64,000 nucleotides of DNA from the IMG/VR virus record IMGVR_UViG_3300021406_000012, positions 13,962 through 77,961 of that record; one strand, given 5' to 3'. Position 1 is the stretch's first letter, and every line of letters begins with the position of its first letter. Positions 1-8,980 of the stretch are shown in pieces. The translations under genes were made by a program, and so were the position numbers. Below the pieces are notes generated by a model. That model was not told where the DNA came from. It worked only from the letters and a program-made list of their open reading frames with translations, and searched no databases. The DNA is from a virus.

Positions 1-318
1 CAGCTCGACGCCCAAATCTTGGAGCCGCCGAAACCCGATTTCTTGCACCATCAGATCGCGGGCGAACCGGCTGGCGTTCTCGACTAAGATCGTGCGAACG
101 CCGTTGCTGGCGATGCGCTGGAGGAGGAGCCCGAAGCCCTCGCGCTCGTCCAGGGCGTCGGCGCCGCTCACCGCCGCGTCGTAATATTCGCCGACGATGT
201 CGATGTCGTTGCGCGCCGCGAAGGCGCGGACGGCGCTCTCCTGGCGAGCGAGTGAGTCCTTGTCCTGGCCGACGTTGGTGGCGCTGGATGTACGGAAGTA
301 GGCGACGGCGTGTTTCAT
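1..318 (-). CDS. Serine recombinase/resolvase family protein, N-terminal catalytic domain (runs off the window edge)
   Basis: Manual translation MKHAVAYFRTSSATNVGQDKDSLARQ...AVSG...REGF...VENASRFARD carries the Y-x-R-x-S and SRxxR motifs; AGGAG RBS upstream; missing from the ORF track. Confidence 0.88.
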   Translation of the reverse strand, partial: MKHAVAYFRTSSATNVGQDKDSLARQESAVRAFAARNDIDIVGEYYDAAVSGADALDEREGFGLLLQRIASNGVRTILVENASRFARDLMVQEIGFRRLQDLGVEL

Positions 319-367
319 GGTAGACTCCTGTTGGGACCTCACGGTCCCTTCCTGTTGGCGATAGGTG

Positions 368-401
368 GGCCGCCGCGCCTCCGCAGCGCGGCGGCCTTTT
401 C
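368..401 (+). terminator. GC-rich hairpin with T-tract (intrinsic terminator-like)
   Basis: ggccgccgcg-loop-cgcggcggcc followed by tttt. Confidence 0.5.
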
Positions 402-402
402 G

Positions 403-591
403 TTAGGTCGTCCTGCGCACGCTGACGCGGATTTTGCCGTCGGCGAACCTCGACTTGCCGGACTTGTTGAGGAAGGCCTTGCGGCCGAGGATCTCGGCGA
501 GGCTGCGAACGTCGATCTCGACATCGACGTCGAACTCGACCAGCTCACCCTTGCGGGTGCGCCCTCGGATACCCTTTACAATCGTGTTCAT
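403..591 (-). CDS. Small hypothetical protein (MNTIVKG...)
   Basis: AAGGAG RBS before the ATG at 591; candidate promoter TTGCAA-17-TATATG upstream on the minus strand. Confidence 0.7.
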   Translation of the reverse strand: MNTIVKGIRGRTRKGELVEFDVDVEIDVRSLAEILGRKAFLNKSGKSRFADGKIRVSVRRTT

Positions 592-653
592 GTTCGACTC
601 CTTGATTCGGGCGGTAGGTCGCCCGTCCTTCATATAGCACATACCGAGACAGG

Positions 654-668
654 TTGCAAGATCTGCAA
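654..668. promoter_or_regulatory. Palindromic box TTGCA-N5-TGCAA, copy 1
   Basis: TTGCAagatcTGCAA in a divergent intergenic region, overlapping a candidate -35. Confidence 0.75.
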
Positions 669-791
669 ATCGCGGTATCGTGCAATCGGCTGGCCGTTTC
701 GACCAAATCCGGACCAGCCCGGGCGGCTCTCTAAGCGGCTTCGCCCCCCGACGCATCGCGGATGGGGGCCGCCCGCTTTTTTGGAGGAAAC

Positions 792-1067
792 ATGGCTGAA
801 CTTGACGAAGTTGCAGAACGGCTCACCCGCATGGCGCGGACGATCGGCCGGGTTGTGGGGATCGATGTCGAGGTGGTGAAAAACGGCAATCGGCTGATCT
901 TCGTCGACGTCAACGGCGAGCCGGTCTCGAATGACGGGGACGAAGTTATCGCGACGACCTTGGAGGAGATCACGGCGGGCAAATTTCTTGATGACTTTGC
1001 CGCCCGGGCGTTCCGGGCGGGTATGGTCCTCCGGTATCAGCAGATCGAGCGAGACAGGACTCCATGA
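792..1067 (+). CDS. Hypothetical phage protein
   Basis: GGAGG RBS; ATGA-coupled to the next gene; EEITAGKFL resembles EEIATGEFL in the next ORF. Confidence 0.75.
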   Translation: MAELDEVAERLTRMARTIGRVVGIDVEVVKNGNRLIFVDVNGEPVSNDGDEVIATTLEEITAGKFLDDFAARAFRAGMVLRYQQIERDRTP

Positions 1068-1384
1068 GCGAGCACCAGCTCCGTCAGCAAAGCAAGGTCC
1101 GCAGCTCGTTCGAGGTGCGGCCGATCCTCGACGCGGTCGCCGCTGAGATCGGCAAGCTGCACGGCGTTGTGCTCGGCGTCTCGCACACGGCTGAGGGATT
1201 GTTTTTCATCAACGGCATTGGCGCGATCGTGCAGGACGGCCCGGTCCACATTCTCGCTTGCAGCGACGAGGAGATCGCGACCGGCGAGTTCTTGAAGTAC
1301 TTCACGCCGAGATGCTTCTTCGCCGCGCTGTGCGAGCGGTTCGCGCAAGAGTACGTCCGTCAGAGGATGGGCGGCGTCAATTGA
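1064..1384 (+). CDS. Hypothetical phage protein, possible paralog of the upstream gene
   Basis: Coupled ORF; similar C-terminal segment. Confidence 0.7.
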   Translation: MSEHQLRQQSKVRSSFEVRPILDAVAAEIGKLHGVVLGVSHTAEGLFFINGIGAIVQDGPVHILACSDEEIATGEFLKYFTPRCFFAALCERFAQEYVRQRMGGVN

Positions 1385-1662
1385 GCGACGATTCCAGGGA
1401 TCAAGCGCTTGAGGCGCAACGCCTCGTCGAATCGATCCGGCCGCTTCTCGCCGGGAAAGGTCAGGCCGTGCAAAGCGCGGCGCTCGTGGATTTGGTCAGC
1501 ATGTGGCTGGCCGGAATGTTTGTCGTTGGCAATGCCGAGGCGACCGACGCGATGCGCGAGGAGCATTTGTACCTGTTCATGAGGACGGTGGTGGACCTGA
1601 TTCCGCTCAACGAGGAAATGATCACCAAGCCGATGCTCGAACGGAAGCTGAAGCGGCAATGA
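1381..1662 (+). CDS. Hypothetical phage protein
   Basis: TTG start overlapping the previous stop; coupled chain. Confidence 0.65.
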   Translation: MSDDSRDQALEAQRLVESIRPLLAGKGQAVQSAALVDLVSMWLAGMFVVGNAEATDAMREEHLYLFMRTVVDLIPLNEEMITKPMLERKLKRQ

Positions 1663-1922
1663 CCGGCAATTGGCAGAAGCTGGCGCAGACCAAGGTCGCC
1701 GATCTGCCCCGGCTATGTTGGAGCTGTGAGTTTTGGCTTCCTGAAATTAATTGGGACGTTGACCCTCCGGAAGAAAAGCAGACTGGAAGGTGTCACAGGT
1801 TTCCGCCGACGAGGGCAACGCTATTGGCTGGCGGCGAATCAGCGTTCCCGCGCACTTGGGAAGGGGACGGTTGCGGCGAATGGCGCGTTGGGCTGCCCCA
1901 GGCGCGGGCGGCGCAGAAGTGA
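1659..1922 (+). CDS. Small Cys-rich protein (CxxC...GRCHRFPP...CGEW)
   Basis: Typical small phage Zn-binding pattern; coupled. Confidence 0.7.
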   Translation: MTGNWQKLAQTKVADLPRLCWSCEFWLPEINWDVDPPEEKQTGRCHRFPPTRATLLAGGESAFPRTWEGDGCGEWRVGLPQARAAQK

Positions 1923-2194
1923 AGCTGCCCAAGCTCGGCCCGACCGGCGACTTCCCGCACGGCAAGCCCAGCCCGGACGACGAGGGCGGCCTGCTCCTCG
2001 CCGTCGGCGCCGACGAGCATGGGAATGTGAAGATCAAGTTCGGCAAAAAGATCGCCTGGATCGGATTGAACAGCGAGCAAGCGATTCAGTTCGCGATGAT
2101 GATCTTGAAGAAGGCTGGATTTACGGGTTCTGTCATCATCGGCCCTGGAGGGAACGATGCCGGCCATCCTAGAGAAGGCGGTCAAAGCAATTAA
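1919..2194 (+). CDS. Hypothetical phage protein (LGPTGDFPHGKPSPDDEGGL)
   Basis: GTGA-coupled ORF. Confidence 0.7.
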   Translation: MKLPKLGPTGDFPHGKPSPDDEGGLLLAVGADEHGNVKIKFGKKIAWIGLNSEQAIQFAMMILKKAGFTGSVIIGPGGNDAGHPREGGQSN

Positions 2195-2399
2195 GAAATC
2201 GAGCCCCGGCGTGAACCCGTGGGCCGTGGCGACGAGCACACTCCAAAAGGCGGGTGAGCTGAAGAAGGGCACGAATCAGCCGACCAAGCTCGGGGTGAAG
2301 CGCGGCAAAATGTCGCGCAAGGAGAGACACGCGAAGCCGCTGGCGATCGGCGGCGCGGCGAAAGGGCCGTCACTCGGGAGAGCTGCGCGCCCCTCTTGA
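2157..2399 (+). CDS. Small basic protein
   Basis: GGAGGG RBS; Lys-rich; ends with the GGAAKGPSLGRA motif shared with two head-module proteins. Confidence 0.75.
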   Translation: MPAILEKAVKAIKKSSPGVNPWAVATSTLQKAGELKKGTNQPTKLGVKRGKMSRKERHAKPLAIGGAAKGPSLGRAARPS

Positions 2400-2538
2400 C
2401 GTCAACTGCCATCCCTGCGCGAACTCCGCCACCGAGATGGCGGACTTCTGACGGCGGACCGGCAGCAAGCGAGCCATGGGAGGGGCACCGCCCGGTCCGT
2501 CTCTTGGCGTCCCCTCCCGCCCAACCGGGAGAAAGCCC

Positions 2539-2913
2539 ATGGCCCAAGCCCCCCACCGCCCAGCATCCTCACAGTCGCAGAGTCAGCAACGCTCCCACCC
2601 CGCCGCAGCGCCGCCCCCGCGCCACCCGGCGCAGCCGCCGGCCGCCCGTCCTGGCGTTCCCCAGCGCGATCAGCAGCCGCGCCCGGAAGCCGAGGACGAA
2701 GCGCCCCCCGAGAAGATTCTCGAAAAGAGCGACGCCCTGGCGCTCTTCCGCGCCGGCCACCGGCTGAAGAAAGCGGGCGACCCGCCGGAGAAATGGATCG
2801 CGGCGTCGCGGATACACGGCGTGATGGTCTTGTGCTACCCAATGGACGAAGAGATCGAGAAGGGCATCATGGACCAAGAGTTGGTCCTCGCGGATGATCT
2901 TCCACAATCTTGA
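2539..2913 (+). CDS. Hypothetical protein upstream of the portal
   Basis: GGGAGA RBS; Pro/Gln-rich N-terminus, globular C-terminus. Confidence 0.7.
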   Translation: MAQAPHRPASSQSQSQQRSHPAAAPPPRHPAQPPAARPGVPQRDQQPRPEAEDEAPPEKILEKSDALALFRAGHRLKKAGDPPEKWIAASRIHGVMVLCYPMDEEIEKGIMDQELVLADDLPQS

Positions 2914-2930
2914 TCTGAACGGGGTCGGCG

Positions 2931-5687
2931 ATGGCCGGGTTTGGCGGATTGGGCGCAATCAGGCTGCCGCCATCCCCAATCGATGGCAGCGTAGACGACC
3001 CCGGCGACCTCTCGACCCGCTTCGCGCCGAAAGAGATTAACCTCGACGCTGACGACGGCGACATCGACTACGACAAGGCGACCAAGATCGAGACCGAAGA
3101 CGGTGGCGTCATCGTCTATGTCGGCCCCAGGCGCATCCCGAAAGAGGATACCGAGTTCGGCGACAACCTTGCCGAGGTGCTCGGCGACTCTGAGCTGAAC
3201 GGGATCGCCGACGATCTCCTGCGGCTGATCGAACAAGACAACGAATCCCGCCGCGAGTGGCTCGACACGCGCGCTCGCGGCATGGAGCTGATGGGCCTTC
3301 GCATCGAGTCCATGCGCTCCAGCGGTTCCGATGGCTCCGCGCCGCTCGAAGGCCAGTCCCAGGTCCGGGCCACGCTACTGGCGGAAGCGGTAATCCGTTT
3401 CGGCGCCAACGCCTTCGCCGAGCTGTGCCCCACCGACGGGCCAGCCAAAGTTTCCGAGGACACGTCGGGCTCGACTGAAGATCTCGACACGCTCTCCGAT
3501 GCGCTTGAGCACGATCTCAATCACTACTTGACCACCGTCGACAAGCCGTGGGTTCCTGACACAGACGCAATGCTCCTCCGTGTGGGCTTGGATGGTTGTA
3601 CCTTCAAGAAAGTCTACCATGACCCGATCCTCCGGCGGCCGATCTCACGCGCGGTGTTCGGCGACGACCTGATCGTCAACAATAGCGCGACTTCGATCTA
3701 CGACGCAGGCCGCATCACGCACCGCTCATTCATGCGCCCGTCGATGATCCGCCGCATGCAGCTCGTCGGGGCCTATCGCGATGTCCCGCTCAACGACACC
3801 GGCTTCATCGAGAAGGGACCGATGGAGCTTCAGGCCGAGCAGATCTCCGGCGTTCGCCGCTTCGACAGCTGGGAGAAGGACGACCGCGATCACGAGATCT
3901 TGGAGTGCTACTGCGAGCTGGATCTGCCGGGGTTCGAGCACGAGACGGATGGCGAGCCGGACGGCCTCGCGGTTCCCTACAAGGTGGCGATCCACAAGGA
4001 GACAAGAACAGTCCTCGAACTGAGAAGGAATTGGAACGAAGACGACGAGATGTGTTTGCCGAAAACGTATTTCGTACAGTATCCATTCATCCGTGGGTTC
4101 GGATTTTATGCTATTGGCCTAAGTCATCTGCTGGGAAATATTACAAACGGCATCACGGCTGCTTGGCGAGAGATAGTAGACGCCGGCATGTTCGCCAATT
4201 TTCCAGGCTTATTAGTTGCGAAAGGGGCCGCTAGACAGAATAACAACATATTCAGGGTTCCGCCAGGGGGTTCGGCCGAAGTCGAGACCGGCGGCCTGCC
4301 GATCCAGCAAGTGGCGATGGGTCTGCCTTACCGATCGCCAGACTCGGTCTGGGTGGGCTTCGTTCAGCAGCTGAATCAGGAAGGGAAGAGCCTCGGCGGC
4401 ACGGCCGAGATCATGGTCGGCGAAGGCCGCCAAGACGCGCCGGTCGGGACGACCCTCGCTCTCATCGAGCAAGCCATCAAACCGCTTATGGCGACGCACA
4501 AGAGGCTGTGTGCGGCGCAGAGCGACGAGCTTCAGCTCCTGTGCGAGCGCTTCCGCGAAGACCCGGAGGCGTTTTGGCGAGCGAACAAGCGCTCCGCCTA
4601 CGATTGGGATGAGCAAGCCTTCCAGCAGGCGCTGAACACGAGTGAAATTGTCACGCGCGCGGACCCGAATACGGCCTCGCATCTCCAGCGAATGCTGCGC
4701 AACGCGGCCTTGTATCAGATGGCCAAAGACGAACCGAGCGCTTTCAATGTCGCTACGATTCGTAAACTCTGCATTCGAGGAATCGGCTTCGCGAATCCTG
4801 ATCAATTTTTAAATCCGATGCCGTCCGGCCCGCCGCCGGACCCGAAGGCCCAGGCCGCGATGCTAACCGGGCAGGCGGCGATGATGGATGCGCAGACACG
4901 GGCCGGTCAGCTCCAGCTCGACATGCGCGACAAGCCGCTCGACGACCAGCAGCACCAAGTCGATGCGCAAGTGAAGATGGCGACGTCGAAGATGGCGCTG
5001 CAAAAGCAGCAGCTCGCCACCCATACCGCTGGTTTCCAGGCCCAGAACGAGGCCCGCAAGCCGCAAATGGAGGCGCAGAAGCAGCAGCATGAGGCCCAAC
5101 AGAGCCAGCTCGACCGCGCGCACGACACCGCGACGCAAATGCGCGAGCAAGCGCACGAATTGAACCTCGAAAGAGGTGGTTGGGCGCATGAAGACCAGCT
5201 GCATGCGCGCGATCAGCAGCATGAGCAGCAGATGGGCGTGCGCGAGCAGATGCACGACCGCGTCATGGGCGCGCAACAGCAGCAATTCGACGCCGCGAGG
5301 GACATGCAGGGGCGGCAATTCGATGCCGCGAACGCTCAGCAGGACCGCGCGCACGAAGACCAGATGGGTCAGCGCGAACAAGCCGTCGAATCGCAGCGCG
5401 AAGAGCGCGGCCGCGCTCACGAAGAGCAGATGAGCGAGCGCTCGCAGCAGCACGAACGTGTCATGGGCCAGCAACAGGCCAGGGCGAAGATCCAAGAGGT
5501 GAAAGCGAGGCCTGCGCCGCAGCGCACGAACGGTTCGGGCTCAGATCGGCAAAAGCGGGCGAGCGGCGGCTCGGTCCATCATCAAATTGAGACGCCCTAC
5601 GGCACGGCGAGGCGCGCTCCCGACGGTGAATTTTACGTCCAGCATCCAAAGACCGGCCAATATTTCCGAATCCGGAGGCGATCATGA
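2931..5687 (+). CDS. Portal protein with long Gln/His-rich C-terminal extension
   Basis: 918 aa; FKKVYHD, GFGFYAIGL, APVGTTLALIEQ motifs typical of podovirus-type portals; first large gene of the head module. Confidence 0.88.
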   Translation: MAGFGGLGAIRLPPSPIDGSVDDPGDLSTRFAPKEINLDADDGDIDYDKATKIETEDGGVIVYVGPRRIPKEDTEFGDNLAEVLGDSELNGIADDLLRLIEQDNESRREWLDTRARGMELMGLRIESMRSSGSDGSAPLEGQSQVRATLLAEAVIRFGANAFAELCPTDGPAKVSEDTSGSTEDLDTLSDALEHDLNHYLTTVDKPWVPDTDAMLLRVGLDGCTFKKVYHDPILRRPISRAVFGDDLIVNNSATSIYDAGRITHRSFMRPSMIRRMQLVGAYRDVPLNDTGFIEKGPMELQAEQISGVRRFDSWEKDDRDHEILECYCELDLPGFEHETDGEPDGLAVPYKVAIHKETRTVLELRRNWNEDDEMCLPKTYFVQYPFIRGFGFYAIGLSHLLGNITNGITAAWREIVDAGMFANFPGLLVAKGAARQNNNIFRVPPGGSAEVETGGLPIQQVAMGLPYRSPDSVWVGFVQQLNQEGKSLGGTAEIMVGEGRQDAPVGTTLALIEQAIKPLMATHKRLCAAQSDELQLLCERFREDPEAFWRANKRSAYDWDEQAFQQALNTSEIVTRADPNTASHLQRMLRNAALYQMAKDEPSAFNVATIRKLCIRGIGFANPDQFLNPMPSGPPPDPKAQAAMLTGQAAMMDAQTRAGQLQLDMRDKPLDDQQHQVDAQVKMATSKMALQKQQLATHTAGFQAQNEARKPQMEAQKQQHEAQQSQLDRAHDTATQMREQAHELNLERGGWAHEDQLHARDQQHEQQMGVREQMHDRVMGAQQQQFDAARDMQGRQFDAANAQQDRAHEDQMGQREQAVESQREERGRAHEEQMSERSQQHERVMGQQQARAKIQEVKARPAPQRTNGSGSDRQKRASGGSVHHQIETPYGTARRAPDGEFYVQHPKTGQYFRIRRRS

Positions 5688-5932
5688 GCGAACCACTCGA
5701 TCCCCAAGAAGCGGCCACCCTTTTTTACTCTGGCTCGCCAATGGCGTTCGTCGCGGTTCCCACCGAGAGCTTCGTCTGCGGCCAATGGATGGGCCAGCGC
5801 GCCCTGGTCATGCCGATTCCGTTCGATGACGCTGTCGCCTACTTCACCGAGCACCCCGTCATGCTTTACGACCCGAACGCGCCGCTAATGACGGCAACAA
5901 TCACGGCTGGAACCCCCTACACCCCAGCTTGA
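5684..5932 (+). CDS. Hypothetical protein
   Basis: ATGA-coupled to the portal. Confidence 0.65.
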   Translation: MSEPLDPQEAATLFYSGSPMAFVAVPTESFVCGQWMGQRALVMPIPFDDAVAYFTEHPVMLYDPNAPLMTATITAGTPYTPA

Positions 5933-5946
5933 TAAGGAGAGGAAAC

Positions 5947-6405
5947 ATGGTCTCGCTCGCTCATGGACAATCTGTCGATCTGACCGTCGCCTACACCGAT
6001 TCTCAGGGCGCACCAGCCCATCCGCCAGGGCCGGTCAACTGGACCTCGTCTGACACCTCGATCGCCACCGTCTCGGCCGGGACCGAAGACACCCAGGCGA
6101 CCGTGACGTCGGTCGCGGCAGGAGCTGCGACCATCACCGCCGCATCGGAAGGGATCACTTGCGGCATCGACCTGATCGTTGATGCCGGCGAGGTCGGGGC
6201 GAGTGAGGGGGAAATCACGGCTGGCGAGCCCTACGACACGACGGGATCACCGGGACAGGGTCTGCCGGATCAGGGTCTTCCGCGTCCAGGTCTGCCGGGT
6301 CGTCAGCCGGGTCAGCTGCCGGGTCAGCAGCAGCGCCCGCAGGCTCCGGTGCGGCCGGGTCAGCCGGGTCAACCAGTCGTGCGGACAACGACGATCCGTA
6401 GGTAA
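5947..6405 (+). CDS. Ig-like (Big_2-type) domain protein with Pro/Gly/Gln tail
   Basis: VNWTSSDTSIATV...G.ATITA pattern; strong RBS. Confidence 0.8.
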   Translation: MVSLAHGQSVDLTVAYTDSQGAPAHPPGPVNWTSSDTSIATVSAGTEDTQATVTSVAAGAATITAASEGITCGIDLIVDAGEVGASEGEITAGEPYDTTGSPGQGLPDQGLPRPGLPGRQPGQLPGQQQRPQAPVRPGQPGQPVVRTTTIRR

Positions 6406-8747
6406 TGGTCGACGATCTCGGCGACTACGACGTCGACCCGGTCGAGGGAAATCCCTTTGGCTCGATGGCGTCGTCGCCGAACGATTTCGACGTCGCGCCG
6501 GTCGATCACGATCCTTTCGCTGGCGCTGGCGGAACCCCGGCGCCAGACCAGTTCGAGCTAGCGTCGAGGCAGCCCGAAGCCACGCCGTCGAGCGCTGGCG
6601 GTCCGCCCTTGGACCCTGGCGATCGGCAAGACCTGATCCGGACTGTCTACGGCGAAGCGGCCGGCGAGCCCGCGCTCGGCCAAGCGGCAATCGCCCACGC
6701 CATCCTCAACCGCGTCCGAGCTGGTGGCTACGGCCAGGGCATTGCTGGCGTCGTCCACGCCCCGGCTGCGGGCGTGAACCCGAAGTTCGGCTATCATGAG
6801 TTCAGCCCCTGGAACACGGGGCGCGCCACCGAGGGCAATCCCGTCGCGCAGAACCTCTCGCCGAAGAACCCGGCTTATGCGCAGATCGGCGACATCGTCG
6901 ACAAGTCCTATTCGGGTCTCATACCCGATCCGACGCACGGCGCGACGCACTATTACGGGCGGATGCCGCACCCGCCGTCATGGGCGCCGCCGCTCGCCGC
7001 GCTGAACAAGGTCAGGATCGGCGGCCAGACCTTCGTCGGCGGCGCGGAAGGCCCAGGTCGAGCGCCGATCCAGACTGCCGGCGGCTACGCGGGCGGCGGC
7101 CCTGTGCAGATGAACGCGGACTTACAGCGGCGTCTTGCGATGATAACGCGGCCTCGACACGGGTTCGCCGATGGCGGCGCGCCGGACGATGATCCGCTTG
7201 GCTCCAGCGTCACCATGGCGCCTGATCAGAGCCAAAACACGATGCCGACGTTCGCCGATACCGGGCCACGGCAAGATGATCCCTTGTTTGCCGCTCCGGC
7301 GAGGCAGCCGGGAGACGACGAGACGCTGGCCCACTACGCGGGGAATCCGGCGCATTCGATGCCGATGCGGGTTGGCGCTGCGATCGGCGAAGAGGCCAAG
7401 CGCATGGGGCAGGGGCTGTGGAGCGCCGCCACGGCTCCGGGCGATGTCCTTACCGGCAAGGCCTCGATGGCGGACCCAGAAACGCAGCAACGGGTCACGA
7501 GCCTCGCCGCGTCGTTGCCCGGAGGAGGGCCGGAGGCCGCGCTTGGCGCGCGCGGGCCGGTGGGCGCCGCAGCGAAGGCGCTCAAAGGCGCCCCTGCGGA
7601 GCGCGAGCTTAACGTTTGGAACCCGACGACTGGCCAGTGGGAAGGCCCGAAGCCGACGCTGAATCCGCCAGCTGGCACGCAGTTCGATCCGCTGTTCAAC
7701 TTCGATCCGGCCGTGATGAACAAGGTGCCGGACGTGCCGCAATTTGAATTGCAGCGCTATGACCCGCCTCGCGGCGTCTCGGATCGCATGCGCGATCTGG
7801 TGACCAACTCGGATGTCCGCGCGAAGATGATCGATATCGTCAAGAACGGCATGCAGACCGTTGGGCTGAGCTGGTACAACACCGGCCAGCTGCGCGGGAT
7901 GTTCCTGAAAGAACTCGGCGACGAGCAAGGGCAGCAAGCGTTCGAGAAGTACATGAACCTCGTGTCAGCCACGAGCCCGGAGAACAAAATCCCGCAGAAC
8001 ATCAGGACGGCGAGCTATTTCTATGAGCGCGATGCGCAAGGCAATCCGGTGCCGGAAAGAGGTGATCCGATTGCGCAGCCCTACGGCTCCAAGGCGCAGA
8101 AGCTTCACCAGCAAAACGTGAACAGCGTACTGACCGATGGCTACGACGTCCTCAAGAACCCGAAGCCGCCGTCCTTCGTTCAGAACCTGATGGGCAATTA
8201 TGCCCCCGGCACGATGGACCGGCACGCCTTCAAGTTGCCGGCGATCCTGTCGCGTGATCCGCGTTTCTTGGAGACGTCGTTCACGCCTGAAAAAGGCGCC
8301 GACATCGTGCGTCCGCAACAGATGTACCAGAATGGTCAGCTGACGATGGAGGATGCGGTCAATCAGCCGACGATGTGGGCCGGGATGCCGAACAAGAACG
8401 AGTATGCCGCGCTTGAGGGCTGGTATAAGTCGATCGGTGATGAGCTGGGGATCACGCCAGCCCAGGTGCAGGCGTCGGCCTGGGTTGGCGGAGGGCATAT
8501 CACCGGCCTCGCCTCGGCCGCCGACGAGACATTCCTGCACTCGTTCCAGGGGCGCGCATTCAACACCGCCTACCACACCGGGCAAACGCCCTCAGAAGTG
8601 GTGAAGAAGATGATCAGGGGCGAGCAGCCCCTGCTTTCCGGCGGGCCGGGGTTGGCTCCGACAGCAGCTCAAACTTCGACGGCCGGGGCGGGAGATTCGC
8701 CTCCGCCACCATCTGATCAAGCAGAGCCCGGACATCCGTTTTATTGA
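6405..8747 (+). CDS. Multidomain virion/effector protein: SleB-like cell wall hydrolase plus C-terminal HhH DNA-glycosylase-like domain
   Basis: RTVYGEAAGE...ILNRV...EFSPWN...DPTHGATHYY; C-terminal WY...SATSP...N...KPPSFVQNL...MDRH...GITPAQVQASAW. Confidence 0.72.
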   Translation: MVDDLGDYDVDPVEGNPFGSMASSPNDFDVAPVDHDPFAGAGGTPAPDQFELASRQPEATPSSAGGPPLDPGDRQDLIRTVYGEAAGEPALGQAAIAHAILNRVRAGGYGQGIAGVVHAPAAGVNPKFGYHEFSPWNTGRATEGNPVAQNLSPKNPAYAQIGDIVDKSYSGLIPDPTHGATHYYGRMPHPPSWAPPLAALNKVRIGGQTFVGGAEGPGRAPIQTAGGYAGGGPVQMNADLQRRLAMITRPRHGFADGGAPDDDPLGSSVTMAPDQSQNTMPTFADTGPRQDDPLFAAPARQPGDDETLAHYAGNPAHSMPMRVGAAIGEEAKRMGQGLWSAATAPGDVLTGKASMADPETQQRVTSLAASLPGGGPEAALGARGPVGAAAKALKGAPAERELNVWNPTTGQWEGPKPTLNPPAGTQFDPLFNFDPAVMNKVPDVPQFELQRYDPPRGVSDRMRDLVTNSDVRAKMIDIVKNGMQTVGLSWYNTGQLRGMFLKELGDEQGQQAFEKYMNLVSATSPENKIPQNIRTASYFYERDAQGNPVPERGDPIAQPYGSKAQKLHQQNVNSVLTDGYDVLKNPKPPSFVQNLMGNYAPGTMDRHAFKLPAILSRDPRFLETSFTPEKGADIVRPQQMYQNGQLTMEDAVNQPTMWAGMPNKNEYAALEGWYKSIGDELGITPAQVQASAWVGGGHITGLASAADETFLHSFQGRAFNTAYHTGQTPSEVVKKMIRGEQPLLSGGPGLAPTAAQTSTAGAGDSPPPPSDQAEPGHPFY

Positions 8748-8871
8748 GAAGTTCGTTGAGCGGCACCCGCTCAAGCACGGTCCCGCCGTCCTCGCCGAAG
8801 ATTTCCAGCTCCCAGCGGCCACCTAAGCTGCCGCGCTCCCGCCAGAGCGGCCAAGCCTTGTAAGTGCTCAT
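8614..8871 (-). CDS. Small hypothetical antisense gene (MSTYKAWPLW...)
   Basis: GGAG RBS, directly downstream of box copy 2; 3' end overlaps the 6405-8747 gene. Confidence 0.45.
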   Translation of the reverse strand: MSTYKAWPLWRERGSLGGRWELEIFGEDGGTVLERVPLNELLNKTDVRALLDQMVAEANLPPRPSKFELLSEPTPARRKAGAARP

Positions 8872-8884
8872 CGTTCGACTCCAT

Positions 8885-8899
8885 TTGCACGTAATGCAA
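8885..8899. promoter_or_regulatory. TTGCA-N5-TGCAA box, copy 2
   Basis: TTGCAcgtaaTGCAA, intergenic. Confidence 0.75.
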
Positions 8900-8980
8900 A
8901 TATAGAAACCCTTTCGCCCAATTGCAATCGGCGCCATAAATCCGCGCGTTGAAAGGCTGGACCCGAATGAGGGTCAAGCC

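Noticed and set aside
1-400. Prophage attachment site next to the serine recombinase
   Set aside because: The gene is truncated by the window and no host flank or att repeat is visible
2861-2869. AGGGCATCA core as a further guide unit (also GGGGCATCA near 30080)
   Set aside because: The CA and TGG boxes at 9-nt spacing and the enclosing stem are missing; both lie in coding sequence
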